In this document: piece by piece, positions 48,701 to 63,779 of the stretch
Layout of the letters: every line of letters begins with the position of its first letter
How positions within the stretch are numbered: the first letter of the stretch is position 1
NCBI GenBank assembly: GCA_051294375.1
Contig: CM119271.1
Coordinates: 13,451,515-13,515,514 of the forward strand
Length of the DNA stretch: 64,000 nt
Source: Paraspadella gotoi
Taxonomy: Eukaryota > Animalia > Chaetognatha
Direction of reading: 5' to 3'
Notes under the pieces: model-generated
The model's input: only the letters and a program-made list of their open reading frames with translations
Database searches by the model: none
Told to the model about the DNA's origin: nothing
Translations under genes and position numbers: made by a program

Positions 48701-49829
48701 GAGGTGGGATACTTTCGACTTTCTCGGTCTGGGCGCTAGTGTTACATTTTTGTTGGTCGGCTCTCCAGCGACTTGAATAATTAACAACCTAAAAAAAACC
48801 TGGGAGTCGCCCGGGAGAGCACTTCCGATTCATTTTTGATTCTGTCAACGACAGGGTAAAGATGATCTGACATGACAAAGATGAAGAACGAGATATTATT
48901 GTATATGATTAGACGACGACGTACTTGATACAATGAGAATTTTCGGGATCGATGAACCAAGAGGACTGACAGACGCACGAACGAGGAGACGACGATTCGA
49001 GCGGTACGCGAACTTGACGTACCAGGAAGGATGCGATGAATCAGGTGTTATAAATCTCATGACAAAACAACTAACAAGCAACGACGACAGTCTCTTGATA
49101 CACGCTCTCCGGATTGTTTTAGTTTGTCGCTTGAGAGTGTATGTTTATCCAGATCGAAGTTAGAGGTCTGACGCATTATACGTACTTTGGCATATGGATT
49201 CGTATTGGATGAAGGGCAGTAGTGATTCCGTGGACAGATCTTTGTGTCTTTGAACGGTATAGTTAATTCCCTACNNNNNNNNNNNNNNNNNNNNNNNNNA
49301 CGAAGGAAGTCTATTAACTCCGACGATCCGGCGACGGAACAACTATTAGTATTAATGTTTATTAACAAAAACTAACTTTTTTCTTATTTTTTTTTCGACT
49401 TACCCTATTTCGAACCCTTTTCGAAATTAAAAAAGGCAAAACGAAAAATGTTATAAAAAATTATAAAACTCATCAAAGTTTGAAAACTTTCCCCCCAAAA
49501 AAGAAAACTGATGCTCCGAAAATCCCCCCTCCCCCTCCCGGCACTGTTTTCCGATAACGCTCCATTTCAGTTCCTAAATCCCGGTACATAATTTTAACTC
49601 AAAAATTGTTAATCCTCAAGTACTTAGTCCAATCTGCAACGAAGGACTAACTCTAATACTGAACCATAAGCGAATCTCAAATTTTAATCCCGTAAAATCT
49701 CACCTAAATACCTAACCCAAGGCCCATTACTAACCACCTAACTTAGTATTTATATTTTAAAAATGACTAAGTTCTGAAATTAAAATTTAAAATGAGGCGC
49801 TTTCGGAAATTATCGCCACCCGAAAAAAA

Positions 49830-52800
49830 AAATCCCAAGTCTGTATTGTTTATCTCCCAAATTTGTAAACAAAAAACGAAAGCGAAGCCTAAATTGTTTT
49901 CCATCTTTTGGCATAGACGAAGCTAATTTGTTTTCCCATCTTTTTGGCATAAACAAAGAGCGTTGGCGAGAACAAAAGAGGAGAGAGTGAGAGAGATGAG
50001 TGAGAGAGAGGTGAGAGAGAGAGAGAAGAGAGAGAGTGGAAGAGAGAGAGCGAGAGAGAGAGAGAGAAGAGAGAGAGAGAAGAGAAAGAGAGGAGAGAAA
50101 GGAGGTAAGAGAGGAAAGGGAGAGACTAGAGCTCATTCTCGTACGAAATTTAAAGTAGACGATTTTTTTACTGTCAGGCCTTCTCTAGGCCTTTCTTCAC
50201 TCTCATATCATCTCTCTCTCTCTCATCTCCATCTCTCAACCTCATCAGATCTCATGCTCACTCTCATTCTTCTCGATCGTCAATCACATATACTCTCCCA
50301 TATGCTTAATATGTACACATTCTCGTACAAATATATGTTTCTATTACTCAAAATGCATCTGTCTTACATCGTCTAAGATTCTCTAATCTATATCCTCTCA
50401 TCATTCCCTCATCTAATCATAATTCATTCTCTTCTCATCTTCTCTCTCAATACTCTTCCAATAATCAAAAAGAAACACAAAGAAAAAATAACATCTCATC
50501 TTCTCAAGTCTCTCTCATCTTCCTCTCTTTCTTTTTTTAAACGTCTCTCGCTATCTATCTTTTTCAGCTCTTCTTAACCTCTTATCATTTTTCGTTTCAA
50601 CATGTTTTGATTTTAATTTATTAATATTTTAATAGATTAATTAGCTCTGCTTTCTATTATTACCAGAAAAGAACAAAAATTGTTCGAAATACAGAAAACA
50701 GAAAAAATGGCGAATAAAAATGCGAAATTATGGACACGAAATAAGTTGATGCCGCGACTAGAATGGATACGACAGTGAATGACACACGAAATATACATAC
50801 ACATACGTGGAATTAAAAATTAAAAATTTTATTACCAAGGATTAAATCGAAATTACGCTTTTCTTGAACTACAAGTGACTAACGAATAAAGACTAGACAT
50901 ATTTTTTTTTTTAATTTTAAAAAGAGAAAAAATTTAAAGGCTTATACTTAAAAAATTGATACACAATGTTTGTAGATCAGACGGCGTGAACCATCACTAC
51001 ACTTCAAATCACAAAATAATAAAGGAAAAAGAAACTCTGACTACTATTTCCGGCTTTTCTAGATATGCCGACGACGATTGTCCGGATAGAGAAGGCGGAA
51101 AAAGTTCAACGACGGAAATATATTTATCAAGATATCAAAAGAATATAAAGATAAAAAATTGGTTTTTAAAATAAACAAAGCGAAAAGAGAAAATTAACGA
51201 TAACATCGGCGCTTTTCAGGGCGAGAAGAGAGAGAGAGAGAGAGACAAAAGAGAAGGAAGAAGAGAGAGAGAGAGGAGAGAGAGAGAGACAGAGAGAAGA
51301 GAGTAGAGGAGAGGAGAGAGATGAGAAAAGAGAGAGAAAGAGAGAAAGAGAGAGAGAAGAGAAAGTAGAGAAGAGAGACGTTTCGCCCATCTTTCTTCTC
51401 TCGTTTTTTCGTACGTAAAGTTTGGCGCGGAAGAAAGCAGGGCGCCCGATATGGGCTCTAGACTTTGCGTGGGAAAGGAAGCATGGCTGTAGTAAGAGAA
51501 GGAGTAAGAGCGAGAGAAAGAGTATAGAAAGGCTGAAAAAAAGAGCATCGATAAAAAAAAAAAAAGACCAATATGCAATAAAAGAAAGGAAAAGAGCATG
51601 AACGTTAAAAAACGCGATAAAAAAAGAGGCAACTGACGACAAGAGATAACAAGAAAAAAGGATCATAAGCAAAAAAAAGCATCATAAAAGCGAATCAAAA
51701 AAAAAACGCAAACGCCCGAATACGGCCAACGAAAAAAATAGAAAAAAAAAACAGAAAAACGAACCTGTAATGACAAGGAATAGAAAAAAATTGAAGTATA
51801 GAGAAAATCTCTGTTGCGCAGCAAAAATTTTTATCTACGGCAAAACTTGTTAACAGCCGAGTTTTTTATAAAAAAGAAAAGAATAAAAATAAAATTAATA
51901 CAACAAAAAAGTAAGACAAAAAAAAAAAAACAAGTCGATGATCCCGGAAGGCATCTAAAAAGAAAAAAAAAAAATCCCAAGCTTTCTCAGCGTCTAAAGA
52001 CAAATAAATAAAAATTTAATTTCTTTCCTCTCACTCACCCAGATTCCCATTCTCAAAACAGAAAATCAACATAATAAAATAATTCCTTCATTACCACATC
52101 ACTATATCGATACAACCAGAAGGTATGAACATTCGATGGGCCTAGGATCCAATCCTAAATAACTAACATTACTTAACGCATTAGATTACCCATCAAGAAG
52201 TACTTTCTATCCATATAATCTAAGCTTCATATCCATGTCTTCTAAAGATCAATAAGTACAGGGATCAAATTATCATTATAAGTCGAAAAAAAAGAGATTA
52301 TAGCATCTCATCACCATAATCAAAATCCATCATACATTCAAAAAGACATAAAAGAATTAATTAGGAAAATAACAAAAGGAGTCTATCAACTACTCTTTAC
52401 TCCATCATCCAAACCACAATATCCTCACTCTAGATTTACTTATCTTAATCCTTACTTTTCACATTCCCCATGACAAGAGAAAAAAAATAAACACACACAA
52501 AAAAAACCAACAATAATCTCAACTATTTTTCTCTTTCAACACACTTAACAACTTTCCCCACTCCAAGACACGAAGAACCCAAACTTCAAAAACACCACTC
52601 CAATTGATACAAAGACGAAAGGAAAGACACAATTGGCCTATCAGGCGCATGGCAGGATGCAAAAACCGACTTCGAAGCGAGTCCGATCGTTCGCACCTAC
52701 CTGCACAAATCACAAACCACGTCAAATAAAAAAACCAAGGGAAAGAAGAGCGAGAGACTTGTCGAACGCCGAGAATGGAGACGAAGACGAAAAGAACACG

Positions 52801-53117
52801 AATAATCAACGAACGAATGAGACGACGACCGATGTTCGAGCCGACAACCATCGAAGGGCGTCGGCGCTTCCAGACCCCAAAAAAGATAACATAAGCTACA
52901 TAAAAATAAAAAAAGATCACAAAAAACAAACAATACAAAAAAGAAGAAAAGACGAAATAAGAAAAAAAAAGAAAAAAAAAAAAACAACACAAAACACAAA
53001 AAAAAAAAATAAAAACAAAAAAAAAAAAAAAAAGACAAGTAAAACAATAAAAAAAAACAAAAAAATAAAAAAAGAAAATAAAACACAAAAAAAAGAAAAA
53101 ACAAAAGAAAAAAACGC

Positions 53118-53149
<32 letters not shown>

Positions 53150-53300
53150 ATCGCTCGCCCATACATGCCGCAGTCGAAGTCCGCTCAGATTCTGCTGGGA
53201 ACGAGGAGAACGGCAAATGCCGCTATGCAAACAAGCTGGCAACGGCTGCGCTATAGGCCGGGGCGGAGAGGGCGTTTCCCAGACATAGCTCCTCAAAAAA
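49830..53300 (+). repeat. noisy copy of the block 61228-64000
   Basis: AAACAAAAAACGAAAGCGAAGCCTA at ~49867, 58993 and 61261. TGCCGCAGTCGAAGTCC at ~53166 and ~63979. Confidence 0.8.
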
Positions 53301-55099
53301 GCCGAAGGCCGGAGAGCGGGGAGGTAGAAGGGGAGAAGGGAGAGGAGGGAAGGGAGAGAGTAAGAGAGAGGAGAGAGAGAGAGAAGGCGCGAGCTGAGTC
53401 GGTTGTTGGAGATTGTTAGAGTCACCGAACGGGAAGAGAGTCGGGAGAAGTATCATAAGGGATCTTTTTTGAAATGGAGAGACAGGTAATTGAAAAAAGA
53501 GGAATTTAATTTTCCCGGTGAGTTATTTTTACCAAAATATTTTATTTCAATTATTCTATTTTTATTAGTAAATTTAAATTCTTAATTTTTATTATCATTT
53601 TACCCCTTCGCACACCAAATAATACTCCCCCCCAACACTTTTAGATTTTTTCTCATTCTCTTCGTTAAATGCTTTCCATCTATCTCTTTTAGTTCCTGAG
53701 ATTCTATTTCGGTTTATCTGACCTATTGCATTAAATCGTATTTTATTTTTGTTTCCTGTTGATCTCTTTACATTTATCCTTTCTATTTTTATTTACTTTT
53801 TTCTTTCCTTATCAAAAAATTATATAACACTAAAAAACAATTAACTAATGTATATTTAAATTATGCTTCAATGGGCTAAAATACTGTCACACACTTCCTT
53901 TTTAATACCCCTTTTACTTATACTCACTATTTTGTACTTTCGATTCTCTTTTCAACCATAGACATACTATCGATTCACTTTCCTTCAATTTTTACCTTTC
54001 CCATTACCTCTGTCTTAAATCTTTACCGATGCACCAAACCTTTAATCTTTTCTTTCGGGTACACTTGTCTTTCTTTCACTTATGCACATTTATCCTTATT
54101 ATTACAAAAAAAACAATAAAGTCTTACTTAAATTAATTCACTATTATTTTTTACTTTTTTTCTCAAACCAAGACAGTAATCTTAATATAATACACAACAC
54201 TAAACCACATGTTTGCACGCTTACGCGATTTTGATTGCCATCTCGGAAAACAGCATCGAGCCATCTCGACTGGTATTTATTCGGGCACGGTGGTGAGAAC
54301 AGTTCTTTCCGCATTCTATAAGCGAAACAATTAATATTGGATGCGAGACAAGAGAGAGAGAAGGGAGAGAGAGAGAGAGAAGAATGAGGAGAGAAGAGAG
54401 AGAGAAGGAAGAGAGAGAGAGGAGGAGAAATAAGAAGAACCCTAGGGAAATATCACCTTTATGTTTATTTTTATTATTTATATGTTGGTTTTTTTTCTTT
54501 GGTATTTCCATTTCGCTTAAGGATACTCAAGAATGGTGATGTAATTGTTGTATTGTCTTTAGATCATTACAATAGATTTATTACAAAACAAAAAATTAAA
54601 CAAAACCAATAATATAATATAAATAATGGTTATAAATATATTTAAAAGGATAAAGAGCTTTTCATCCAAAAAGAAAATGAGGAGCCAAACACCGCGTAGC
54701 AACATATAATACATGTTTCGGTTTGTTTAACAAAATCGATTTCCTAACTAACCCATTTTTTAAGCGCGTGAACAATTTTATCAAAATTTTCAATAAATCA
54801 GAAGAGTAAAAATTCCGATACGTATGCAAAAAAACACGGAGGAAGTGTATTTATTTTTTTTGGAGATCATTATGACAGGTAGAATATCCAAGGAGCCAAC
54901 ATAGTTACTAAGTGAACGGAAGCTAAAATGAGGAACGTTCGAAAATCGCACTTAATGTTAGAGTAGAAGATTCATTACAGAATTTTAGCAAAAACAATAA
55001 ACAGAGAAAGAAAAGAAGGGAAAGTTGGAAACGGGAAAAGAGTAGAGATACATTCAATAAGCATTATTTGAAAAAACCGTAGATGGGATAAGGAACGAA

Positions 55100-55800
55100 A
55101 CAGCACAAACGACAGAACACAAAAGACAGGACGAGAACAAGACCGACCAAGGAACGACGACGACGACAGACGCCTGATTATGAAAACCAGACAGACCGAA
55201 ACCAGAACCGACCCAACAACAGCCACGATACCAGATCTACAACGAATAACAGAAAAACAGAAACAGACGACCGCCGACATCACTGAAAACCGAAAACCAA
55301 ACAGGACCAGACGACAAGCCGCCAAAGACAGACGACCGACACCGAACCTGACGAACGCCGACCAGACGAACCCGTCAGACAACGAACAGCCGACCGACCG
55401 AACCGACCTCGACTAAGAAGCCGCGACGACCGACCTGAACGACCGCTCGGACCGATGCCCAACCAAGAACCGCGACCGATCCGACTCGACCGCCAAGAAC
55501 CGAAACAAAAACAAGCAAAAAAAATCAAGAAAACCGCCGACGACTGAATAAACGACCGAACGACCGAAAGACGACCGAAACGCCGAACAAATCAAATAAA
55601 AAAAGAAAGAAAAAGCGAAAAAACAATAAAAAAAAAAACGAACGCAACATAGAAGAAGACACAGACCGAAAGGACAGACCGATCGGGCACCGACGACCGC
55701 CAGAAGCCAAAAACAGAAACGACCGAACCAGACGACCGGAAACGCGACCAAAAGAACCGAACGACGAAACACGACAGATAGAAACCGAGCACGCCGAACG
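55100..55800. repeat. degenerate (GACC/CGAC/GAAC)-rich low-complexity tract
   Basis: Direct reading; almost T-free. Confidence 0.75.
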
Positions 55801-58800
55801 AAGCCTATTTCTTGAGCTGTCTCTCAAAGGACTGTTTTATCTCAACCGATATGTCGGGACTGGTTCATAGACGCGTGTAGTTTCAGACGGCAGCTGGTGT
55901 TGTATAGTGAATGTTGTTGTTGGATTAAGAAGTAGCATATAAACTTGTTATAATGTTGTTAGTTGTTAAAATAAGAAAGTATTGTTGTTATGCTACATAG
56001 TTTGAATACGCTAAAAAAAAAATAAAACTCCTACACAAAGATCAATCCACACATGTGGAGTAAATAGATTTTTGGGAAGGCAACCTATATCGACGATGAG
56101 TATAATTTTTACATATCGTCGTAGATCGTACTGTCGTAGAGCAGTCGAGTCGTAAGCGTGGTTGTCAGTAGTCGATGCTGTCGTATGAACTGCGATGGCT
56201 CGATGCGTCGTCACGTTGTGAAGTGGATTGCGCTTCGAGTCGTGTGGTGGGTGTAAGTCGGTACTGTTCGGTGTCGTGATGTGAGATTAGTAGCTGTGTC
56301 AAACAGGGTCGTCGTAAAATATGTTTGAGAACAAAACCGACGAAAAAGTTTGTTGGGCGCGATTGAGCAGGATATACTATCTGACGGAAATACGATCCTC
56401 TGTCTGTCATCTTATTCTAGCTCGACAATCTGTTGGGCAGTGAGACTCAACTCATCCAAGGTCTCTCTATCTCAAGGAGCAATCGTTCACATCTCAATCT
56501 CTCTCTACAATCACGAAAATCACAAGTCGAATATAAGAAAGGGAAGAGAAAGATAAAACGAGTCTCTACATCATTTCATACAGTTCATTATCTTTTGGTA
56601 ATGTTGTTAACTCAGTCTTTGATATCTTATATTAAGATTATTATCACATCATTTATATTTTTCGTATCTTTTATTAAAGCGACAGCGCAACTCTAATACG
56701 CTACAACTATACATCTGTCGTCGTGCGTCGGTAGGTCGTTCGTAAGGACATACGGTACTGATCCGTCGATCTGTCACCCACTTACGTAAATTGCATCTAT
56801 TATATTAGGTTATAGTTGGAAGCTATAATTGTTCAGTGAAAAAAAAAATACACTAAATGTGTTAAGCCGAAAAACACAACAATACACATCTATGTGACTG
56901 AAATCTAGAAAAGATAAAAAAGCAAAGCCTTCATCAAGGATCCTACAGAGAAAATCAGTGAGTACAAACAGAAACTAAATTGGGATAAGAATGGACACGA
57001 TAAGATAACTGAAATCCTAAAACACAAGAGGCTATAACCAGTATTAATTAACCAGTACTAATCCAGTAAAGATCCTACATAAATCTAAGATGATACAAAA
57101 GAACAAAAGTAGTCGAATAACCCTCATTGTAGAACACCCAAAGGCTAAGTTTCATTCTTTACTTTATAATACCTTTAGTCAATTGATCATTCTTTTTTTG
57201 ATGTACATTATCAAATCTTTCTTTTATTTTTATTACATGTATAAATATCAAAATTTTATTTTTAATTAATTTATTATAGAACAGTATAAGGATGTGAACA
57301 GCACACCCCACATCCAGAACAAAGAAGCACTGAGGCACCCGCACTGCTCATTTTGTATTTCTTAACATCTTCTTCATTTCATCACCATTCAAAACATAAA
57401 TAGAACCTTCTTAACACTACACAAAAGTAGAAAATCCTACTCATCTTCATCTTCTTCATCTCATCTTTCTAACTTTCGTATATCCCTATCCTTCCCAGTT
57501 GTCAGCTTACGAACGCAGGAAAAATTCTTCATATTTCAAGGCATGGGCTTTTTATATAGAATTAGCATGGCATGCTAGTAGCGTCACGGGACGACCCACA
57601 AGAGCGCGAAAGAAGAAAGAAAGAGGAGACGCGACGCGTAGGGGCAGCAGCAAAAGCAGACGAAGCGACGCGAGCCGAGCGAAGCGAACAAGATTCGATC
57701 GTATGATAAATGCTTCTATCGGAATGTTAATTTTTACAGAGTTAACATTTTTTTTGAGGATTTTATATTTTAGTCGAGATATATACTAAATTTTCAATTT
57801 GTGAGAAAGACCGAAACGAAAACAAAAATTAATCCATTTTTGCTATTGCGGGGACATTCAATGAAATTTGCGCTGCCATTTTAATTTTTGATAAAAGAAC
57901 GCGGTTTCAAACATTCCATAAACCAAAAAAAAAAAACAGTCTTGCTATAATCAAATTGCATCAGGCGAAAGTAGAACCAGCCGCCGCCCGAGGGAAGGCG
58001 AAGAGAACGCGAGCAGGAAAAACGAGAAGCAGAAGGCGAGTTAGCGAGAGAAACAAGACGAGACAGAAGAGGATAACACACACCCACGAAAATGCAAACG
58101 GACATGAAAACGACAAGCCAGAAGCTGGAAAACATGAAAAGAACCAAGACAAAAAAAAACAAGACGCACGATCTCTTGCCACGAAGATCTCTTGTGCGTC
58201 TGACTATAAGCACCAAAAATAACTGCCTATCGATCAAATCTAATCAAAAATCGAAAATAAAAAAATCAAAAGCCAAATTCAAAGAACAATCAACATTCTA
58301 ACTTTACAATAAACATAACACAAAAAAATACATATACAATCGAAAACATCATTCAAGTCATACAGATACATCTCTCTCAATAACCTTCTCAGCTCAACTC
58401 CAACAAACTCTAACACATATCTTTCATTCATATCCTATCTCTCTCATTCTCGTACTACTGCCTCAATAGAGCTGTCCGTAACGTATATCTCGAACCAGCA
58501 AAAAAGGGGGAATTACGGATAAGATAAGCACACTGGGCTACCATTACGAACCTACTTTTTCTAAACCCCTTTTCATATTTTCAACCGTTTTTCTACCCTA
58601 TATTTTTAAAACCATATTTTTGCTTCTATTCTTTCTTTCTGGTTATTTTCATGGGGTAGCAGCGTGCTCGCCACTCGATCGCCACGCATCATTGTACTTT
58701 TGTTCGTCGGAAAAAGGATAAAACAAAAATTAAAAAAATAAAAACAGAAAAAAAAAAAACAAAAGACAAAAAAAAAGAATNNNNNNNNNNNNNNNNNNNN

Positions 58801-58959
58801 NNNNNTTTTTCGTCGTAAAGTTTGGCGCGGAAAAGAAGAGGGCGCCAGTTGGGCTCTACTTGCGATTGAGAGGACCCCTGGCTGTAGTAAAAGAAGGTAG
58901 AGGGAGGAAAGAGTAAGAGGATGAAAAAAAAAGAGCATCGATAAAACGAAAAAAAAAAG

Positions 58960-59454
58960 TCAAGTCTGTGATGTTTAGCTCCCAAATTTTGTAAACAAAA
59001 AACGAAAGCGAAGCCTACAATTGTAGTTTCCACGTTCTTGGATTCAAAACAAAAGATCACTTTGGCGGAAAAAGACAGAGAAGTGAGAGAGAGAGAGAGG
59101 AAGAGAGAGGGAAGAATGAGAGAGAGGAAGAGAGAGAGACGAGAAGAGATGGAGAAGTGACGGGAGAGAGCCAGACAACCGGTGGGAGGTTTTAAGATTC
59201 CTGCTTCCACTCCGCGAGATCTAGATCGAGAAGCGGGCGCTCGAGCGCACCGAATCACCGATCGGAGCCGATGATGGAGAGGGAGCTCGGAGAATTTCTG
59301 AGAGAAAGAGGAGAGAGAAGAGAGCAGAAGACCGAGAGAGAGAGAGAACGAGAAAGCGAGACGAGAGAGAGAGAGAGAGAGAGAGGCTCTCTCTCTCTCT
59401 CGAATAATGTCGACGAGTTTTTTTACTATTCGGGCCTCTCTCGGCCTTTCTCTC

Positions 59455-59519
<65 letters not shown>

Positions 59520-60262
59520 TCTCTCCTCTACTCTGGTTTTTCTTTACCGTCTTCTCCTTCTTCTTTCTACTCTCTCTCTCCTTCTCTCTCTCTTTCCTTT
59601 CAGCTAAAATGTTTCTGATTTAATTATATTTATATTTTAAGATATTAATTTCGCTTCTCTTATCAATTTTCCAGGAAACAAAAATTTCCGATCGACCGAA
59701 AAAAATGCGCGAACATAAAAATCTGCGAAAATTTGGACACGAATAGTGATCGCGAAGTGACACGGAACGACATGGAATCGACCGAAATTACATGTCAAAA
59801 CATGACGTGGAATTAAAATTTAATGTACCAGGATTATCGACAATTCACGTTATCCTTAAAACTAAAAGTGGGATAACGAATACAAAAGACTACGAATTTT
59901 ATTTTTTTTTTAAATTTTACCGAAAAAATTAACAAAACAAGCTTACCTCAAAAAATTTGATTTACCACCAATTTTGTAAGTATCGACGGCGTGAAAACAT
60001 TCACACCCTTACATCACAAAAAATGGAAAGAAAACTCTGAACTCTATTTTTCCGGCTTCTTAGTTCTGCCACGCCGCATAGTTCGGATAAGAGAGTCAGA
60101 GAGGCGGAAAAAGTCACTCGACGGAAAGTATATTTATCAAAGATATCAAACGATCTATATTTTAAAAACAAAATTGTTTTTTAAAAAAAAAAAAAGAGAG
60201 AAAAGAAATTAACGATCACATCGGCTGCTTTTCAGGAGCGAGACAGAGGAGAGAGCGAGAAT

Positions 60263-60323
<61 letters not shown>

Positions 60324-61722
60324 AAGAAGAGAGAGAGAGACGTTTCCCCCTCCTTTCCTCTCGTTTTTCGTTTAAAGATTCCTGGGGCGGAAAAGAAGAG
60401 GGCGCCCAGTTGGCTCTACTTGCCGATTGAGAGGACCGCCTTGCTGTAGTAAAAGAAGGTAGAGGAGGAAAGATAACGAGGATGAAAAAAAAAGAGATCG
60501 ATAACGGAAAAAAAAGACTGATCAATAAAGAAATAAAAAGAGAAGCATCGTTAAAGCGGAAAAAGAGCACACGACAAGCGAAATAAAACAAAAAAGAGAT
60601 CAATAGGCAAAAAAAAAGCAATCATAAAGAGAAATTAAAACGCACGCCCGAACGCCGACACAAAAAAAAAAATAGAAAAGAAAAAAAAACAACCGCTGAC
60701 ATAATAAAAAAAATATTTGAGGGAAAAGAGAAAACCTTTTCAATNNNNNNNNNNNNNNNNNNNNNNNNNGCAGCAAAATTCTTTATCTACGGAAACTTGT
60801 GACGAGCCGAGTTTTTATAAAAAAGAAAGAATAAAAACATAAAAATTAAACAACAAAAAGTAAACAAAACAAAAAAAACAATCGATCCCCGGAAGGCATC
60901 TTAAAAAAAAAAAAAAAATCCCAGCCTTTTCTTCGCGTCCCTCAAGACGAAACTGATAAAAAATTCTTTCTTTCTCCCAAATTCCCAGTTCTAAAACAAC
61001 AAAATATACATCCATCCATTCTTCATCCATCCATCGATGCATCCAGGGATCCATTCGTCCATGGATCCAATCCATCCATCTATCCTTCCATCCATCCAGG
61101 GATTCTATTAATCCGATCTTCAGTCCATTCTTCTATCCATCCATCGATCCAATCCATCCATCTATCCTTCCATCCATCCAGGGATCAATCCATTAATCCT
61201 ATCTTCAGTCCATTCTTCTATCCATCCTCAAGTCTGTGATGTTTAGCTCCCAAATTTTGTAAACAAAAAACGAAAGCGAAGCCTACAATTGTAGTTTCCA
61301 CGTTCTTGGATTCAAAACAAAAGATCACTTTGGCGGAAAAAGACAGAGAAGTGAGAGAGAGAGAGAGGAAGAGAGAGGGAAGAATGAGAGAGAGGAAGAG
61401 AGAGAGACGAGAAGAGATGGAGAAGTGACGGGAGAGAGCCAGACAACCGGTGGGAGGTTTTAAGATTCCTGCTTCCACTCCGCGAGATCTAGATCGAGAA
61501 GCGGGCGCTCGAGCGCACCGAATCACCGATCGGAGCCGATGATGGAGAGGGAGCTCGGAGAATTTCTGAGAGAAAGAGGAGAGAGAAGAGAGCAGAAGAC
61601 CGAGAGAGAGAGAGAACGAGAAAGCGAGACGAGAGAGAGAGAGAGAGAGAGAGGCTCTCTCTCTCTCTCGAATAATGTCGACGAGTTTTTTTACTATTCG
61701 GGCCTCTCTCGGCCTTTCTCTC

Positions 61723-61787
<65 letters not shown>

Positions 61788-62530
61788 TCTCTCCTCTACT
61801 CTGGTTTTTCTTTACCGTCTTCTCCTTCTTCTTTCTACTCTCTCTCTCCTTCTCTCTCTCTTTCCTTTCAGCTAAAATGTTTCTGATTTAATTATATTTA
61901 TATTTTAAGATATTAATTTCGCTTCTCTTATCAATTTTCCAGGAAACAAAAATTTCCGATCGACCGAAAAAAATGCGCGAACATAAAAATCTGCGAAAAT
62001 TTGGACACGAATAGTGATCGCGAAGTGACACGGAACGACATGGAATCGACCGAAATTACATGTCAAAACATGACGTGGAATTAAAATTTAATGTACCAGG
62101 ATTATCGACAATTCACGTTATCCTTAAAACTAAAAGTGGGATAACGAATACAAAAGACTACGAATTTTATTTTTTTTTTAAATTTTACCGAAAAAATTAA
62201 CAAAACAAGCTTACCTCAAAAAATTTGATTTACCACCAATTTTGTAAGTATCGACGGCGTGAAAACATTCACACCCTTACATCACAAAAAATGGAAAGAA
62301 AACTCTGAACTCTATTTTTCCGGCTTCTTAGTTCTGCCACGCCGCATAGTTCGGATAAGAGAGTCAGAGAGGCGGAAAAAGTCACTCGACGGAAAGTATA
62401 TTTATCAAAGATATCAAACGATCTATATTTTAAAAACAAAATTGTTTTTTAAAAAAAAAAAAAGAGAGAAAAGAAATTAACGATCACATCGGCTGCTTTT
62501 CAGGAGCGAGACAGAGGAGAGAGCGAGAAT

Positions 62531-62591
<61 letters not shown>

Positions 62592-63500
62592 AAGAAGAGA
62601 GAGAGAGACGTTTCCCCCTCCTTTCCTCTCGTTTTTCGTTTAAAGATTCCTGGGGCGGAAAAGAAGAGGGCGCCCAGTTGGCTCTACTTGCCGATTGAGA
62701 GGACCGCCTTGCTGTAGTAAAAGAAGGTAGAGGAGGAAAGATAACGAGGATGAAAAAAAAAGAGATCGATAACGGAAAAAAAAGACTGATCAATAAAGAA
62801 ATAAAAAGAGAAGCATCGTTAAAGCGGAAAAAGAGCACACGACAAGCGAAATAAAACAAAAAAGAGATCAATAGGCAAAAAAAAAGCAATCATAAAGAGA
62901 AATTAAAACGCACGCCCGAACGCCGACACAAAAAAAAAAATAGAAAAGAAAAAAAAACAACCGCTGACATAATAAAAAAAATATTTGAGGGAAAAGAGAA
63001 AACCTTTTCAATGCAGCAAAATTCTTTATCTACGGAAACTTGTGACGAGCCGAGTTATAAAAAAGGAAAGAATAAAACCATAAAAATTAAACTACAAAAG
63101 TAAAAAAAGTAAACAACAAAAAAAAAACAACCGAACTCCCCGGAAGGCATCTGTTAAAAGCAAAACAAAAACCCAGCTTTTCTTCGCGTCCCTCAAGACG
63201 AACTGATAAAAAAATTTATCTTCTCCCAACATTCCAAGTTCCTTAAAAACAAACAAAATATACATCCATCCATCTTCAATCCATCCATCGATGCATCCCA
63301 GGATCCATTCGTCCATGGACTAATCCATCCAATTGTATCTTCCATCTCCAGGGTTTCTATTTTCTATTCTTCAGGGTCGCATTTTATATCATCCATCGAT
63401 CCAATCCAATCCATTATCCTTCCATCCATCCAGGGATCAATTCCATTATCCTAGTCTTCAGTCCATTTCTTCTATCCATCCAGGGAATCATCATCCATTC
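58960..63500 (+). repeat. 2268-bp-period tandem duplication, apparently base-identical over 58960-60744 / 61228-63012
   Basis: Identical ORF translations offset by exactly 2268 (59271/61539, 59991/62259, 60232/62500). Each unit ends in an (ATCC)-rich tract. Confidence 0.95.
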
Positions 63501-63779
63501 GTCCATCAATCCAATCCAATCAATCATCTATCCACTCCATTCGTCCATTGAACATCAACAGTCCTACTCCATCCTCTCTTATCCACTCCATCCAAATCCA
63601 AAATCCTCCCTCTTTTCTCCGCACCCCAAATTTCTTTCACAAACCCCGCTATTCCACCAGTCCGCTTCCACCCTCCACACCCCCCTATCAAACCAACCAT
63701 TCCACCCATTTGATAGCTGAAGAGGAAAAGACCCCTATTGCGCCCTCCTGGCNNNNNNNNNNNNNNNNNNNNNNNNNCG

